Positions 41,799 through 50,963 of a DNA stretch of 64,000 bases are shown here, piece after piece. Source of the stretch: Alphaproteobacteria bacterium. Lineage in GTDB: Bacteria; Desulfobacterota; Binatia; UBA12015. How positions within the stretch are numbered: the stretch's first letter is position 1; each line of letters opens with the position of its first letter. Under the pieces are notes generated by a model. The model saw nothing but the letters and a program-made list of their open reading frames with translations, made no database searches and was not told where the DNA came from. The stretch spans positions 4,537 through 68,536 of the forward strand of contig JAFMJW010000003.1 of NCBI GenBank assembly GCA_017853315.1, written 5' to 3'. The position numbers were made by a program, and so were the translations under genes.

Positions 41799-42767
41799 GT
41801 GAGCGCCCCGGTCGCTGGGCCGGTCGCGCGGGCGGCCCGCCTGCTCGGCGGGTTCCTCGGGCTCTTCTTCCTCTCCTCGCTCGCGGTGAGCCTGCTGCAC
41901 GGTCGCACCGGGGGGCGGCTCGGCCTGGGATCGGACCGGGTCGTGGCGGTCGTCCCGGTCGAGGGCGAGATCGCCCGCAGCGACGACTTCGTCGAGACGC
42001 TGCAGGACCTGCGCGACGACGGCGGCGTGGCGGCGGTCGTCCTCCGGGTCAACTCTCCCGGTGGCGGCGTCGCTCCCTCGCAGGAGATGTACGGAGCGAT
42101 CCGCGACCTCGCGGCCACGAAGCCCGTCGTCGCCTCGCTCGGCTCGGTCGCGGCGTCGGGGGGCTACTACGTGGCCGCCGCAGCGGACGAGATCGTTGCG
42201 AGCCCGGGCACGCTCACGGGATCGATCGGCGTCATCATGTCGCTCACCAACGTGAGCGGACTGCTCGAAAAGCTCGGCGTCCAGGCCGACGTGCTGAAGG
42301 CGGGCGCGCGCAAGGACATGGGCTCGCCGTTCCGGGCGCTCTCGACGGAGGACCGCAAGCTCTTCCAGCAGATGCTCGACCAGGTCCACGGCCAGTTCAT
42401 CGAGGCGGTCGCGGCCGGGCGGAAGATGGACGTCGAGACGATGCGCAAGCTCGCCGACGGCCGGGTCTACACCGGCCAGCAGGCGAAGGAGTTGGGGCTG
42501 GTCGACCGGCTCGGCGGGCTCCAGGACGCGGTCCGGATCGCGGCCGGACGGGCCGGGGTCGAGGGCGAGCCGACGGTCGAGACCCGGCGCCCCTCCCGCC
42601 GTCCTTGGTGGCTTCGCGCCGTCGTCGGCCAGGAGTCCGAGACCCCGATCGAGCCGTCCCTGGCAGGCCTGCTCGGCCGGCTGGCCCGGTCCGGGGGGGA
42701 CGCGGGTACGGGGGCGGGCGACCTTCTCTGGCTTGCGCCGCTTGCAACGGACGGGCTTCGCTGGTGA
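41799..42767 (+). CDS. sppA: Signal peptide peptidase SppA (36K type, protease IV family S49)
   Basis: N-terminal TM segment. Motifs GGVAAVVLRVNSPGGGVAPSQEMY and active-site region ASLGSVAASGGYYVAAAADEIVASPGTLTGSIGVI. Confidence 0.85.
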   Translation: MSAPVAGPVARAARLLGGFLGLFFLSSLAVSLLHGRTGGRLGLGSDRVVAVVPVEGEIARSDDFVETLQDLRDDGGVAAVVLRVNSPGGGVAPSQEMYGAIRDLAATKPVVASLGSVAASGGYYVAAAADEIVASPGTLTGSIGVIMSLTNVSGLLEKLGVQADVLKAGARKDMGSPFRALSTEDRKLFQQMLDQVHGQFIEAVAAGRKMDVETMRKLADGRVYTGQQAKELGLVDRLGGLQDAVRIAAGRAGVEGEPTVETRRPSRRPWWLRAVVGQESETPIEPSLAGLLGRLARSGGDAGTGAGDLLWLAPLATDGLRW

Positions 42768-42792
42768 AGGATCGGTTCCGGAGACCCGAGCG

Positions 42793-43227
42793 ATGACCAA
42801 GCGAGAGCTCATCGAGGAAGTCGTCCACGCCCGCACCGATCTTCCGCGGCGCGAGGTGGAGGCGCTCGTGAACGGCGTGTTCGACACGCTGTCGGACGCG
42901 CTCGCGCGCGGCGAGCGCATCGAGATCCGCGGCTTCGGCAGTTTCATCGTGAAGCGGCGCAACGCGCGCGAGGGGCTGAACCCGAAGACCGGCCAGGTCG
43001 TCGCGGTGCACGCGAAGCGCGTCGCCTTCTTCAAGGCCGGCAAGGAGCTCAAGCAGCGAGTCGACTCGCGGCCGGTCGACGGCGTCGCAGTCGACGGCGT
43101 CGCGGTCGAGGCGACGCGCAAGGCGGAGCCCGCGCGCACGCGCACGCCGTCGCGCAAGCCCGCGTCGGCGACGCCCGAGGTCGCGCGCGCGTCCTACGGA
43201 ATGGCGGCCGCCGGGGGCGAAGAGTAG
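42793..43227 (+). CDS. ihfB: Integration host factor subunit beta, with a ~50-aa C-terminal extension
   Basis: The ATG at 42793 lies in frame in ORF 42733..43227. Motifs MTKRELIEEV...GERIEIRGFGSF...NPKTGQVV...FKAGKELKQRV, and it follows rpsA as in E. coli. The extension contains the tandem repeat PVDGVAVDGVAVE. Confidence 0.8.
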   Translation: MTKRELIEEVVHARTDLPRREVEALVNGVFDTLSDALARGERIEIRGFGSFIVKRRNAREGLNPKTGQVVAVHAKRVAFFKAGKELKQRVDSRPVDGVAVDGVAVEATRKAEPARTRTPSRKPASATPEVARASYGMAAAGGEE

Positions 43228-43303
43228 CCGGGGCCGCGCCGCGCCGATCGGCCGCGACGGCGGTCCCTCGGCCCGCGCCGCCGCCGATGGAGCGGGAAGC
43301 GCC

Positions 43304-44707
43304 GTGATGGGTGCCGCGACGACGCTAGGAGGGCTCCGCGCCGCCGGCGTCCGGACCCGCCGGGTCCGCGACGAACTCCGTCGCAACCTGCTCGACCGGC
43401 TGTCGCGGGGCGAGCGCATCCTTCCCGGGATCGTCGGCTACGACGACACGGTCGTGCCCGACGTCGAGAACGCGATCCTCGCCGGGCACCACATGGTGCT
43501 GCTCGGGGAGCGCGGGCAGGCGAAGTCGCGCATCATCCGCGGGCTCGTCGAGCTGCTGGACGAGGAGGTGCCGGCGGTCGCGGGCTGCGAGATCCACTGC
43601 GACCCCTACGCGCCGATCTGCGCGCCCTGCCGAGCGCGGGCCGCGGAACTCGGCGAGGAGCTCCCGGTCGCCTGGCTGAGGCGGGAGGACCGCTACGGCG
43701 AGAAACTCGCGACGCCGGACGTCTCGATTGCCGACCTGATCGGCGAGATCGACCCGATCAAGGTGGCCGAGGGGCGCTACCTCGCCGACGAGACGACCAT
43801 CCACTACGGTCTCGTGCCCCGGACGAACCGCGGCATCTTCGCCATCAACGAGCTGCCCGACCTGATGGAGAAGATCCAGGTCGGACTGTTCAACCTGATG
43901 GAGGAGCGCGACGTCCAGGTGAAGGGGTTCAAGATCCGGCTGCCCCTCGACGTCGTCATCGTCGCGAGCGCGAACCCCGAGGACTACACGAGCCGCGGTC
44001 GCATCGTCACGCCGCTGAAGGACCGCTTCGACGTCCAGATCCGCACCCACTACCCGCGGTCGGTCGAGGAGGAGATCGCGATCCTCGAGCAGGAGGTCCC
44101 GCTCGGCGAACGCGACGGGCGCGAGGTGCGCCTGCCGGGCTTCATGCGGGAGATCGTCGCGCAGCTCACGTTCGAGGCGCGGCGCTCCCCGGAGGTGAAC
44201 CAGTCGTCGGGCGTGAGCGTCCGCATGACGATCAACAACCTGGAGACGCTGGTCGCGAACGCGGAGCGGCGGGCCGCCCGGCTGGGCGAGCCCGAGATCG
44301 TCCCGCGGCCCTGCGACCTGCACGCGCTCTCCGCGTCGATGGCCGGCAAGCTCGAGATGGAGGTCGGCGGCGACGACCGCGTCGACGAGAACGCGGCCCT
44401 CGAGCGGTTGGTGAGCCGGGCCGTGCTCGCCGTGTTCGACCGCGCCACCTCGGTCGAGCGCCTGCGCCGCGTGGCCGAGTGGTTCGAGGGCGGCGGCGGC
44501 GTCGAGATCTCCGACGCCATGCGCGCCGAGGAATACCTCGAGGGTGTGCGGGGCATCCCCGGGCTCCGCGAGGCGATCGCGGAGATCGGGCCCTTCGAGT
44601 CGCCCGCGCTCGTGGCCGCGGCGACGGAGTTCCTGCTCGAGGGCCTCCACCTCCACCAGAAGCTCAACAAGGATCTCGAAGGCGGGCGCGCGACCTACCG
44701 CGCCTGA
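43304..44707 (+). CDS. ChlI/BchI-like (Mg-chelatase-type) AAA+ ATPase with a cysteine-cluster insertion
   Basis: 467 aa. It has a degenerate Walker A HHMVLLGERGQAKSRI (Ala in place of the second Gly). A CEIHCDPYAPICAPC insert follows. The sensor/arginine-finger region is FAINELPDLMEKIQVGLFNLMEER...IVASANPEDYTSRGRIVTPLKDRFD. It is paired with a downstream vWA protein. Confidence 0.75.
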   Translation: MMGAATTLGGLRAAGVRTRRVRDELRRNLLDRLSRGERILPGIVGYDDTVVPDVENAILAGHHMVLLGERGQAKSRIIRGLVELLDEEVPAVAGCEIHCDPYAPICAPCRARAAELGEELPVAWLRREDRYGEKLATPDVSIADLIGEIDPIKVAEGRYLADETTIHYGLVPRTNRGIFAINELPDLMEKIQVGLFNLMEERDVQVKGFKIRLPLDVVIVASANPEDYTSRGRIVTPLKDRFDVQIRTHYPRSVEEEIAILEQEVPLGERDGREVRLPGFMREIVAQLTFEARRSPEVNQSSGVSVRMTINNLETLVANAERRAARLGEPEIVPRPCDLHALSASMAGKLEMEVGGDDRVDENAALERLVSRAVLAVFDRATSVERLRRVAEWFEGGGGVEISDAMRAEEYLEGVRGIPGLREAIAEIGPFESPALVAAATEFLLEGLHLHQKLNKDLEGGRATYRA

Positions 44708-44734
44708 GCCCGCGAAGGCACCGGGACCGTCGAC

Positions 44735-46339
44735 GTGGTCCGGATCCGCTACACCGCCTGGGACGGGACGCAGACGGTCCGGCTCGACCCGGACCGCGTC
44801 TTCGACGCGCTCGCCGACCTGCTCTCGCGCACGGACGACCTCCGCCAGGCCCTCGACTGGCTGCTGCGCGAGGGCCTCGACATGGACGGCGTCCGCGTCA
44901 TGGGCCTCGACGAGGCGCTCGAGCGACTCCGCGAAGCGATCCGCTCGCGCGAGCGCGACCTGAATCTCGACCACGCGCTCGACGAGCCGCGGAAGAGGCT
45001 CGACGAGATCCTCGCGCGCGAGCGGGAGACGCTCGACGAGGGCATCGAGGGGGACGCCGACGGCACGCTCGCGCGGGAGAAGAAGGCGCTCCTCGACGAC
45101 CTCCCGGCCGACCTCGCCGGCGCGATGGAGCGGCTGGCGCGCGACTACCGCTTCGAGGACGAAGAGGCCGAGCGGGCCTTCCGTGAGCTGATGGAAAGCC
45201 TCGACGACGTGCGCTCGGTCGAGGACTTCCGGCGCGCGGAAGGCGACCGCTTCCGCGGTCCGCGCGACCTCGACTTCCGCGAGGCCGCCGACCTCGTGCG
45301 GGAGATCGCGGCGCTGCGCGACCTCGAGCGACGCCTCGCGAGCGGCGACCTGCCGGGCCTCGACATGGACGTCGTCCGGCGGATGCTGGGCGAGGACGTC
45401 GCCCGCGACCTCGAACGACTCGGGCAGGTGATGCTGCTCCTGCAGGGGGCCGGCTACCTCCGCGAGCGCGAGGGGCGGGTCGAGCTTTCGGCCCGGGGAG
45501 TCCGGCGGATCGGCGCGCTCGCCCTGCGCGACATCTACGACGCGCTGGTCCGCGACCGGCCGGGAGGCCACCCGAGCGGAGCCCGCGGCCCCGGCGAGCC
45601 GCGGCACGACCGGACCCGCCGCTGGGAACAGGGGGATGCGCTCGACGTGGCGCTCGTCCCGACCCTCCTGAAAGCGCTCACCCGCTGGGGTGGCACCCCG
45701 GTCTCCATCGAGCCCCGGGACTTCGAGGTCCGTGAGACCGACCAGGCCGCGACGACCTCGACGGTCCTGCTGCTCGACATGAGCTGGTCGATGAGCTGGG
45801 AGGGTCGATTCGCGGCGGCGAAGAAGGTCGCGCTCGCGCTCGAGAGCCTCGTGCGCACCCGCTTCCCGCGCGATTACTTCGGGATCGTCGGCTTCTACAC
45901 GCGCGCCGTCGAGCTCCGTGCGCGCGACCTGCCGGAGGCGACCTGGAACGTCGGCGACCCGTTCACCAACCTGCAGGACGGTCTCCGGTTGGCCGGGCGG
46001 ATGCTCGCGAAGCACCCGAGCCGCAACCAGCACGTGATCGTCGTCACCGACGGGCAGCCGACCGCGTACTTCCACCGCGGGCGGCTGCACTGCGAGTGGC
46101 CGCTCTCCTACGGCGGGGTCTCGCTGCGCGCGTCGGCCGAGACCCTGCGCGAGGTCGAGCGGGTCACGCGTCGTGGCATCACGATCAACACGTTCATGCT
46201 CGACGACTCGCCCGGCCTGCGGGCCTTCGTCGAGCGCATGACGCGCATCAATCGCGGCCGCGCCCTCTACAGCCGCCCGGACCGGCTCGGCGAGTACCTC
46301 CTGGTCGACTACCTCGGTCGCAAGCGCAAGCGGATCTGA
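44735..46339 (+). CDS. von Willebrand factor A (vWA) domain protein (CoxE/BchD-C-terminal-like), with an acidic coiled-coil N-terminal region
   Basis: 534 aa. The GTG at 44735 lies 27 bp after the ATPase stop. The C-terminal vWA has the MIDAS motif VLLLDMSWSMS and HVIVVTDGQPT. The N-terminal ~330 aa are rich in D/E/R/L. Confidence 0.75.
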   Translation: MVRIRYTAWDGTQTVRLDPDRVFDALADLLSRTDDLRQALDWLLREGLDMDGVRVMGLDEALERLREAIRSRERDLNLDHALDEPRKRLDEILARERETLDEGIEGDADGTLAREKKALLDDLPADLAGAMERLARDYRFEDEEAERAFRELMESLDDVRSVEDFRRAEGDRFRGPRDLDFREAADLVREIAALRDLERRLASGDLPGLDMDVVRRMLGEDVARDLERLGQVMLLLQGAGYLREREGRVELSARGVRRIGALALRDIYDALVRDRPGGHPSGARGPGEPRHDRTRRWEQGDALDVALVPTLLKALTRWGGTPVSIEPRDFEVRETDQAATTSTVLLLDMSWSMSWEGRFAAAKKVALALESLVRTRFPRDYFGIVGFYTRAVELRARDLPEATWNVGDPFTNLQDGLRLAGRMLAKHPSRNQHVIVVTDGQPTAYFHRGRLHCEWPLSYGGVSLRASAETLREVERVTRRGITINTFMLDDSPGLRAFVERMTRINRGRALYSRPDRLGEYLLVDYLGRKRKRI

Positions 46340-46501
46340 ACGAGCCGTCGCGCCCGGCGCTTCGGGGGGGGAGCGCTCGCACGCGTCACGTCGGCGCGCC
46401 GTCGCGGCCGTCGCGAGGCTCTCGCCGGGGGAGGTTTGCGGACCTCGGCCGGGGCGTGCAAGAGAGGTGACGCGGTGTTCCGCGACGGGCGGCGCACCGC
46501 G

Positions 46502-46535
46502 GGCGAATGCGGGGCGATTCGTTCCCGCATTCGCC
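46502..46535 (+). promoter_or_regulatory. Perfect 12-bp inverted repeat (hairpin) in the vWA-mutS intergenic region
   Basis: ggcgaatgcggg-gcgattcgtt-cccgcattcgcc. It lies ~160 nt after the vWA stop and ~110 nt before the preferred mutS ATG. It could act as a terminator or an operator-like element. Confidence 0.3.
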
Positions 46536-46642
46536 GGGAGCGCGGGCGGGTGGGGCGCCGCGCAACGGTCGGGAAGGCGGGGGCGAGGTTGACCGCAGCG
46601 TCGCAGTCGGAGCAGGGGCGGAGACCGGCCAAGCTCACGCCG

Positions 46643-49207
46643 ATGCTCGTCCAGTACCTCGACGTGAAGCGTCGGGCGGGCGATGCCGTCCTGTTTTTCC
46701 GGCTCGGCGACTTCTACGAGATGTTCTTCGAGGACGCCGAGCGCGTGGCACCGCTCCTCGACCTGACGCTCACCTCCCGCAACAAGGACGATCCGAACCC
46801 GATCCCGATGTGCGGGGTGCCGGTCCACGCGGCGCAGGGATACGTGAGCCGGCTGGTGCAGCTCGGCGTGAAGGTCGCGATCTGCGACCAGATCGGGGAC
46901 CCTGCGACGCAGCCCGGCCTGGTCGAGCGGGGGCTCACCCGCATCATCACCGCCGGCACGGTGCTCGACGAGGACGAGGGCCTCTCGGGCGGGCAGCCGG
47001 GCTACCTGGTTGCCGTCGGTCCCGGGCGCGGCGACGGCACGATCCCCATCGCGACGGTGGACGTCTCGACGGGCGAGGTGCGGTGCTGCCGCGCGCCGGA
47101 CTTCGCGCGCGCGCGCGAGGAGATCGGCCGGCTCGCGCCACGCGAGGTGCTGCTCGAGCCGGGCGACGATGCCCTCGCCGCGGCGGCCACGGAGGCCGGC
47201 TCCGTGGTGACGCGCCCCTCGGCCGTGGGCTCGACTCCCTCGGAGGCGGGGGACCCGCTCCTCGAGGGGCTCGACGAGGATCTCTCCGCCTCGCTGGGCC
47301 GGGCGCTCGCCTATCTCCGCGACACGGTGCGCGGGGGACTCGGTCACCTCCGGCGGCCCGTGGTCTACGAGGTGAGCCGGCATCTCGCGATCGACGACCG
47401 CACCCGGCGCAACCTGGGCGTCCTCGAGGGGCCGCGCGGCGGGCGCCACGGCTCGCTCTGGTGGGCGCTCGACGACACGCGCACGGCGATGGGGTCGCGC
47501 GTGCTCCGCGACTGGCTCGTCGCGCCTTCGGTCGAGCTTCCCGTCGTCCTGGCGCGGCAGGACGCGATCGCGGCGCTGGTCGATGCCCCGGGCTGGCGCA
47601 CCGATCTGGCCGACGCGATCGCACCGGTCGGCGACCTCGAGCGACTCGTGGGCCGGCTCGCGGTGGGACGCGGTGGCCCGCGCGAGGTGGCCCGGCTCGG
47701 CCGCGCGCTGGCGGCCGCCGCCGCGGTGGCGGCCCTGCTGCCGGCGGGCGGCCTCCCCGCGCCGCTGGGCGAGATCCGCGCCACGGTCGACCCGCCGCCC
47801 GGGCTCGCCGAGCGGATCGCGTCGACGCTCGCCGACGAGCTCCCGCTGCAGGCGAGCGAGGGCGGGCTCGTGCGCAGCGGGGCCGACGCGGAGGTCGACC
47901 GCCTGCGGGCGTTGCGCGGGGACGCGCAGGCCCTGCTCGCGGCCCTCGAGGCGCGCGAGCGGGAGGCGACCGGCATCGGGTCGCTGCGCATCCGCTACCA
48001 GCGGGTCTTCGGCTACTTCTTCGAGGTCACGAAGGCGAACCTGAAGCTCGTCCCGCCGCACTTCACGCGTCGCCAGACGCTCGCCTCGGCCGAGCGCTTC
48101 ACGACCCCGGAACTGCTGGAGCTCGAGCGCGAGCTCGCCGGGGCCGAGGATCTCTGTCGCCGCCGCGAGGCGGCGATCTTCGCGGCGCTGCTCTCCGAGG
48201 TGGTCGGCGAGCAGGCGCGGCTCGCGACGCTCGCGCACGCGATGGCGGAGCTCGATGCGCTGGTCGGACTCGCGTCGGTCGCCCACGAACGCGGCTACGT
48301 CCGGCCGGAGGTCCACCGCGGCCGGCGCCTCGAGATCCGCGACGGCCGCCACCCGGTCGTCGAGCGCACGTCCGCGGCCGGGAAGTTCGTGCCCAACGAC
48401 ACGGTGCTCGACGACGACCGCGAGCAGATCGTCGTGCTGACCGGGCCGAACATGGCGGGCAAGAGCACCTACCTGCGACAGGTCGCGCTGGTCGTGCTGC
48501 TCGCGCACGCGGGCAGCTTCGTCCCGGCCGGCTCCGCGAGCGTCCCGCTCACCGACCGCATCTGGACCCGCGTCGGCGCCGCGGACGACCTCGTGGCCGG
48601 CGACTCGACCTTCATGGTCGAGATGAAGGAGACGGCCGCGATCCTCGCCGACCTGACGCCGCGCACGCTGGTCGTGCTCGACGAGATCGGCCGAGGCACG
48701 AGCACCTACGACGGGATCGCGATCGCGTGGGCGGTCGCGGAGCATCTCCACGACCTGGAGCCGGTGCCCGGCTCGCGGGTGAAGACGCTGTTCGCGACGC
48801 ACTTCCACGAACTGACGGCGCTTGCCGACCACCTGCCGCGGGTCCGCAACCAGTCCGTCGCGGTGCGGGAGTGGCGCGACGACGTGCTGTTCCTCCGCAA
48901 GGTGGTGGCGGGGCCGGCGAGCCGGAGCTTCGGCGTCTCGGTGGCGCGACTCGCCGGCGTGCCGGACGCGGTGGTCGCGCGTGCACGCGCGCTCCTGCAG
49001 GGCCTCGAGGCGGGCTCGCCGCTCGCCGGCGGGCCGCCGGTCCATCCGCGCCGGGCGGCGGCGCCGACGAATCAGCTCGACCTGTTCGCCGCGGGGCCGA
49101 GCGGGCTCGAGGCGGAGGTCGCGTCGATCGACGTCGACCGGATGACGCCGATCGAGGCGCTCGCGCGCCTCCACGAACTCGTCGAGCGGGCCAAGGGCGG
49201 CCGATGA
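46643..49207 (+). CDS. mutS: DNA mismatch repair protein MutS
   Basis: MLVQYLDVKRRAGDAVLFFRLGDFYEMFFEDAERVAPLLDLTLTSR (mismatch-binding domain). Walker A GPNMAGKSTYLRQ and STFMVEM...DEIGRGTST. The ATG at 46643 is preferred; the ORF track extends upstream to 46436. Confidence 0.9.
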   Translation: MLVQYLDVKRRAGDAVLFFRLGDFYEMFFEDAERVAPLLDLTLTSRNKDDPNPIPMCGVPVHAAQGYVSRLVQLGVKVAICDQIGDPATQPGLVERGLTRIITAGTVLDEDEGLSGGQPGYLVAVGPGRGDGTIPIATVDVSTGEVRCCRAPDFARAREEIGRLAPREVLLEPGDDALAAAATEAGSVVTRPSAVGSTPSEAGDPLLEGLDEDLSASLGRALAYLRDTVRGGLGHLRRPVVYEVSRHLAIDDRTRRNLGVLEGPRGGRHGSLWWALDDTRTAMGSRVLRDWLVAPSVELPVVLARQDAIAALVDAPGWRTDLADAIAPVGDLERLVGRLAVGRGGPREVARLGRALAAAAAVAALLPAGGLPAPLGEIRATVDPPPGLAERIASTLADELPLQASEGGLVRSGADAEVDRLRALRGDAQALLAALEAREREATGIGSLRIRYQRVFGYFFEVTKANLKLVPPHFTRRQTLASAERFTTPELLELERELAGAEDLCRRREAAIFAALLSEVVGEQARLATLAHAMAELDALVGLASVAHERGYVRPEVHRGRRLEIRDGRHPVVERTSAAGKFVPNDTVLDDDREQIVVLTGPNMAGKSTYLRQVALVVLLAHAGSFVPAGSASVPLTDRIWTRVGAADDLVAGDSTFMVEMKETAAILADLTPRTLVVLDEIGRGTSTYDGIAIAWAVAEHLHDLEPVPGSRVKTLFATHFHELTALADHLPRVRNQSVAVREWRDDVLFLRKVVAGPASRSFGVSVARLAGVPDAVVARARALLQGLEAGSPLAGGPPVHPRRAAAPTNQLDLFAAGPSGLEAEVASIDVDRMTPIEALARLHELVERAKGGR

Positions 49208-50910
49208 GGGCCTCCCGGGCGACGATCGGCCTGCTCGCGGCCCGTGCGATGGCGGTGGTCGCCCTCGTCGCACGATCGGCCGTGGCGGCCCCGGTCCCCC
49301 CGAAGGCGACGGTGAACCGCGTCGACTGGTCCACGACGCCCGGCGGGGCCCGGGTCTCCGTCCAGGTGGGCGGCGGCGAGGTGCGATGGAGCGGGGGGCG
49401 TGCGGCGGCGAGCCCGGCCGACGGCCTCCCCGAGCGGGCCTTCGTCGACGTCCGGCCGGCCGTGCTGTCGCCGTCCCTCACGCGCTCGCCGGTGTCGATC
49501 GACAAGGGGCTGCTGAAGCGGGTCCGCGTGGGACAGAACGACCCGGAGACCGTCCGGGTCGCGATCGAGCTCGCCGGGCCGGTGGTGGTGGAGATCCGGG
49601 GCGAGAAGTCGCCGCCGCGGATCGTGATCGACCTGCGCGCGAACGCGGACGCGCCGGGTGCGACGGTGTCGTCGCCGCCGGCGACGACGGGTGCGGGAGC
49701 GCGTCCGCCCGCGGCGGCGGTGGGCGCCCCGGCCGCGGTCGCACCGATCCTCCCTCGCGTGGCGAGCGAAGCCCCGACGCCGACGCGCACGCCGGGGGCC
49801 GCGACGCCGACGCCCTGGGCGCCGACCGCGACGCCGCCGTGGTCCTGGACGCCGACGCCGTGGGCGCCGACGCCCACGCCGTGGATCCCGACCCCGACGC
49901 CGACGCACTGGATCCCGACCCCGACTCCGACCCGGACCCCGTGGCTTCCGACTCCGACGTTCCCGGCTCCTGTGCTCGTCTCGCCGACTCCCGCTGCGAC
50001 TGCATGGATCCCGACCCCGACGCCGGCGGCGTGGGTGGCGACCTCGGCCACGCCGACACCGGGCGAGGGCGGCCCCCGAGACTGGCGCGACATGTACGGC
50101 GGGGTGGCGACCTCGCCCTCGCCGGTCCCGACCGCTCCCGATGCGGGCCGCGGCGAGACCCTGCTCCTACCGACCGTTCCCGAGGAGGTGGTTCCGCATC
50201 GTTCCCGCGGCCACCGCGTCGTCGTGCTCGACCCGGGGCACGGCGGCAAGGATCCCGGGGCGCAGGGCCCCTCCGCCGTCGAGGAGAAGCGCATCACGCT
50301 CGCGGTCGCCCGCCTCGCCGCGGCGCGCCTGCGCAAGCTCGACCCGAACGTCAAGGTGCTGCTCACCCGCGGCGGCGACTCCTACGTCGCCCTGAAGGAC
50401 CGGACGGCCTTCGCCAACGCGAAGGGTGCGGATCTCTTCGTCTCGATCCACGTGAACGCGGCCGAGAACGCGGACTCCTCGGGGATCGAGACCTACACGC
50501 TGAACAACAGCAACGACCGCGCGACCAAGCGGCTCGCGGCGATGGAGAACGGGCTCTCCGAGGCCGGGATCGAGCGCGACGACAAGGACCTCGCGTGGAT
50601 CGTGAGCGACCTCCTGCAGACCGGGAAGGAGGGCGAGTCGATCGTGCTCGCGGAGAGCCTGCAGCGCGAGACGGTGCGGTCGGTTCGGCGGCGGTGGTCC
50701 GATGCCGAGAGCCTCGGCGTGAAGAAGGGCCCGTTCTTCGTGCTGGTCGGCGCCTACATGCCGTGTGCGCTGATCGAGACCGGGTTCCTCACCAACTCCC
50801 GGGAGTCCGGGAGGATCGGGACCCAGCCCTACCAGGAGGCGCTGGCCGACGGGATCGCGAGGGGCATCCTCGCGTTCTTCGCCTCCGGGGAGGCCAACTC
50901 GAACCTGTGA
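49204..50910 (+). CDS. amiC: N-acetylmuramoyl-L-alanine amidase (AmiC-like): signal peptide, AMIN domain, Pro/Thr/Trp-repeat linker, then Amidase_3 catalytic domain
   Basis: The ATG at 49204 overlaps the mutS stop (ATGA). The signal peptide is MRASRATIGLLAARAMAVVALVARSAVAA. The AMIN domain shows VRVAIELAGPVVVEIRGEKSPPRIVIDL. The linker is TPTPWAPTATPPWSWTPTPWAPTPTPWIPTPTPTHWIPTPTPTRTPWLPTPT. The catalytic domain has VVLDPGHGGKDPGAQG...LFVSIHVNAAEN...GPFFVL. Confidence 0.85.
   Translation: MRASRATIGLLAARAMAVVALVARSAVAAPVPPKATVNRVDWSTTPGGARVSVQVGGGEVRWSGGRAAASPADGLPERAFVDVRPAVLSPSLTRSPVSIDKGLLKRVRVGQNDPETVRVAIELAGPVVVEIRGEKSPPRIVIDLRANADAPGATVSSPPATTGAGARPPAAAVGAPAAVAPILPRVASEAPTPTRTPGAATPTPWAPTATPPWSWTPTPWAPTPTPWIPTPTPTHWIPTPTPTRTPWLPTPTFPAPVLVSPTPAATAWIPTPTPAAWVATSATPTPGEGGPRDWRDMYGGVATSPSPVPTAPDAGRGETLLLPTVPEEVVPHRSRGHRVVVLDPGHGGKDPGAQGPSAVEEKRITLAVARLAAARLRKLDPNVKVLLTRGGDSYVALKDRTAFANAKGADLFVSIHVNAAENADSSGIETYTLNNSNDRATKRLAAMENGLSEAGIERDDKDLAWIVSDLLQTGKEGESIVLAESLQRETVRSVRRRWSDAESLGVKKGPFFVLVGAYMPCALIETGFLTNSRESGRIGTQPYQEALADGIARGILAFFASGEANSNL
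49780..50075 (+). repeat. Imperfect tandem nucleotide repeat (acgccgacgccgtgg-type units) encoding a (T/P)n-W periodic linker inside the amidase gene
   Basis: Repeated units such as gacgccgacgccgtgggcgccgac, gcccacgccgtggatcccgaccccgacgccgacgcactggatcccgaccccgac, and ccgtggcttccgactccgacg are visible. A Trp recurs every 6-10 residues in a Pro/Thr background. Confidence 0.7.
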
Positions 50911-50963
50911 GCGCCGCTGCAAGCGGGGGAGCGGACGGCTAGAAACCGCTCGACGGGGGCCTG

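Noticed and set aside
43325-49273. 1982-aa ORF on the minus strand
   Set aside because: It is antisense to four well-supported + strand genes (AAA+ ATPase, vWA, mutS, amidase). Its composition is dominated by Arg/Ala/Pro/Gly with no recognisable domain. This is a typical stop-codon-poor artefact of ~73% GC.
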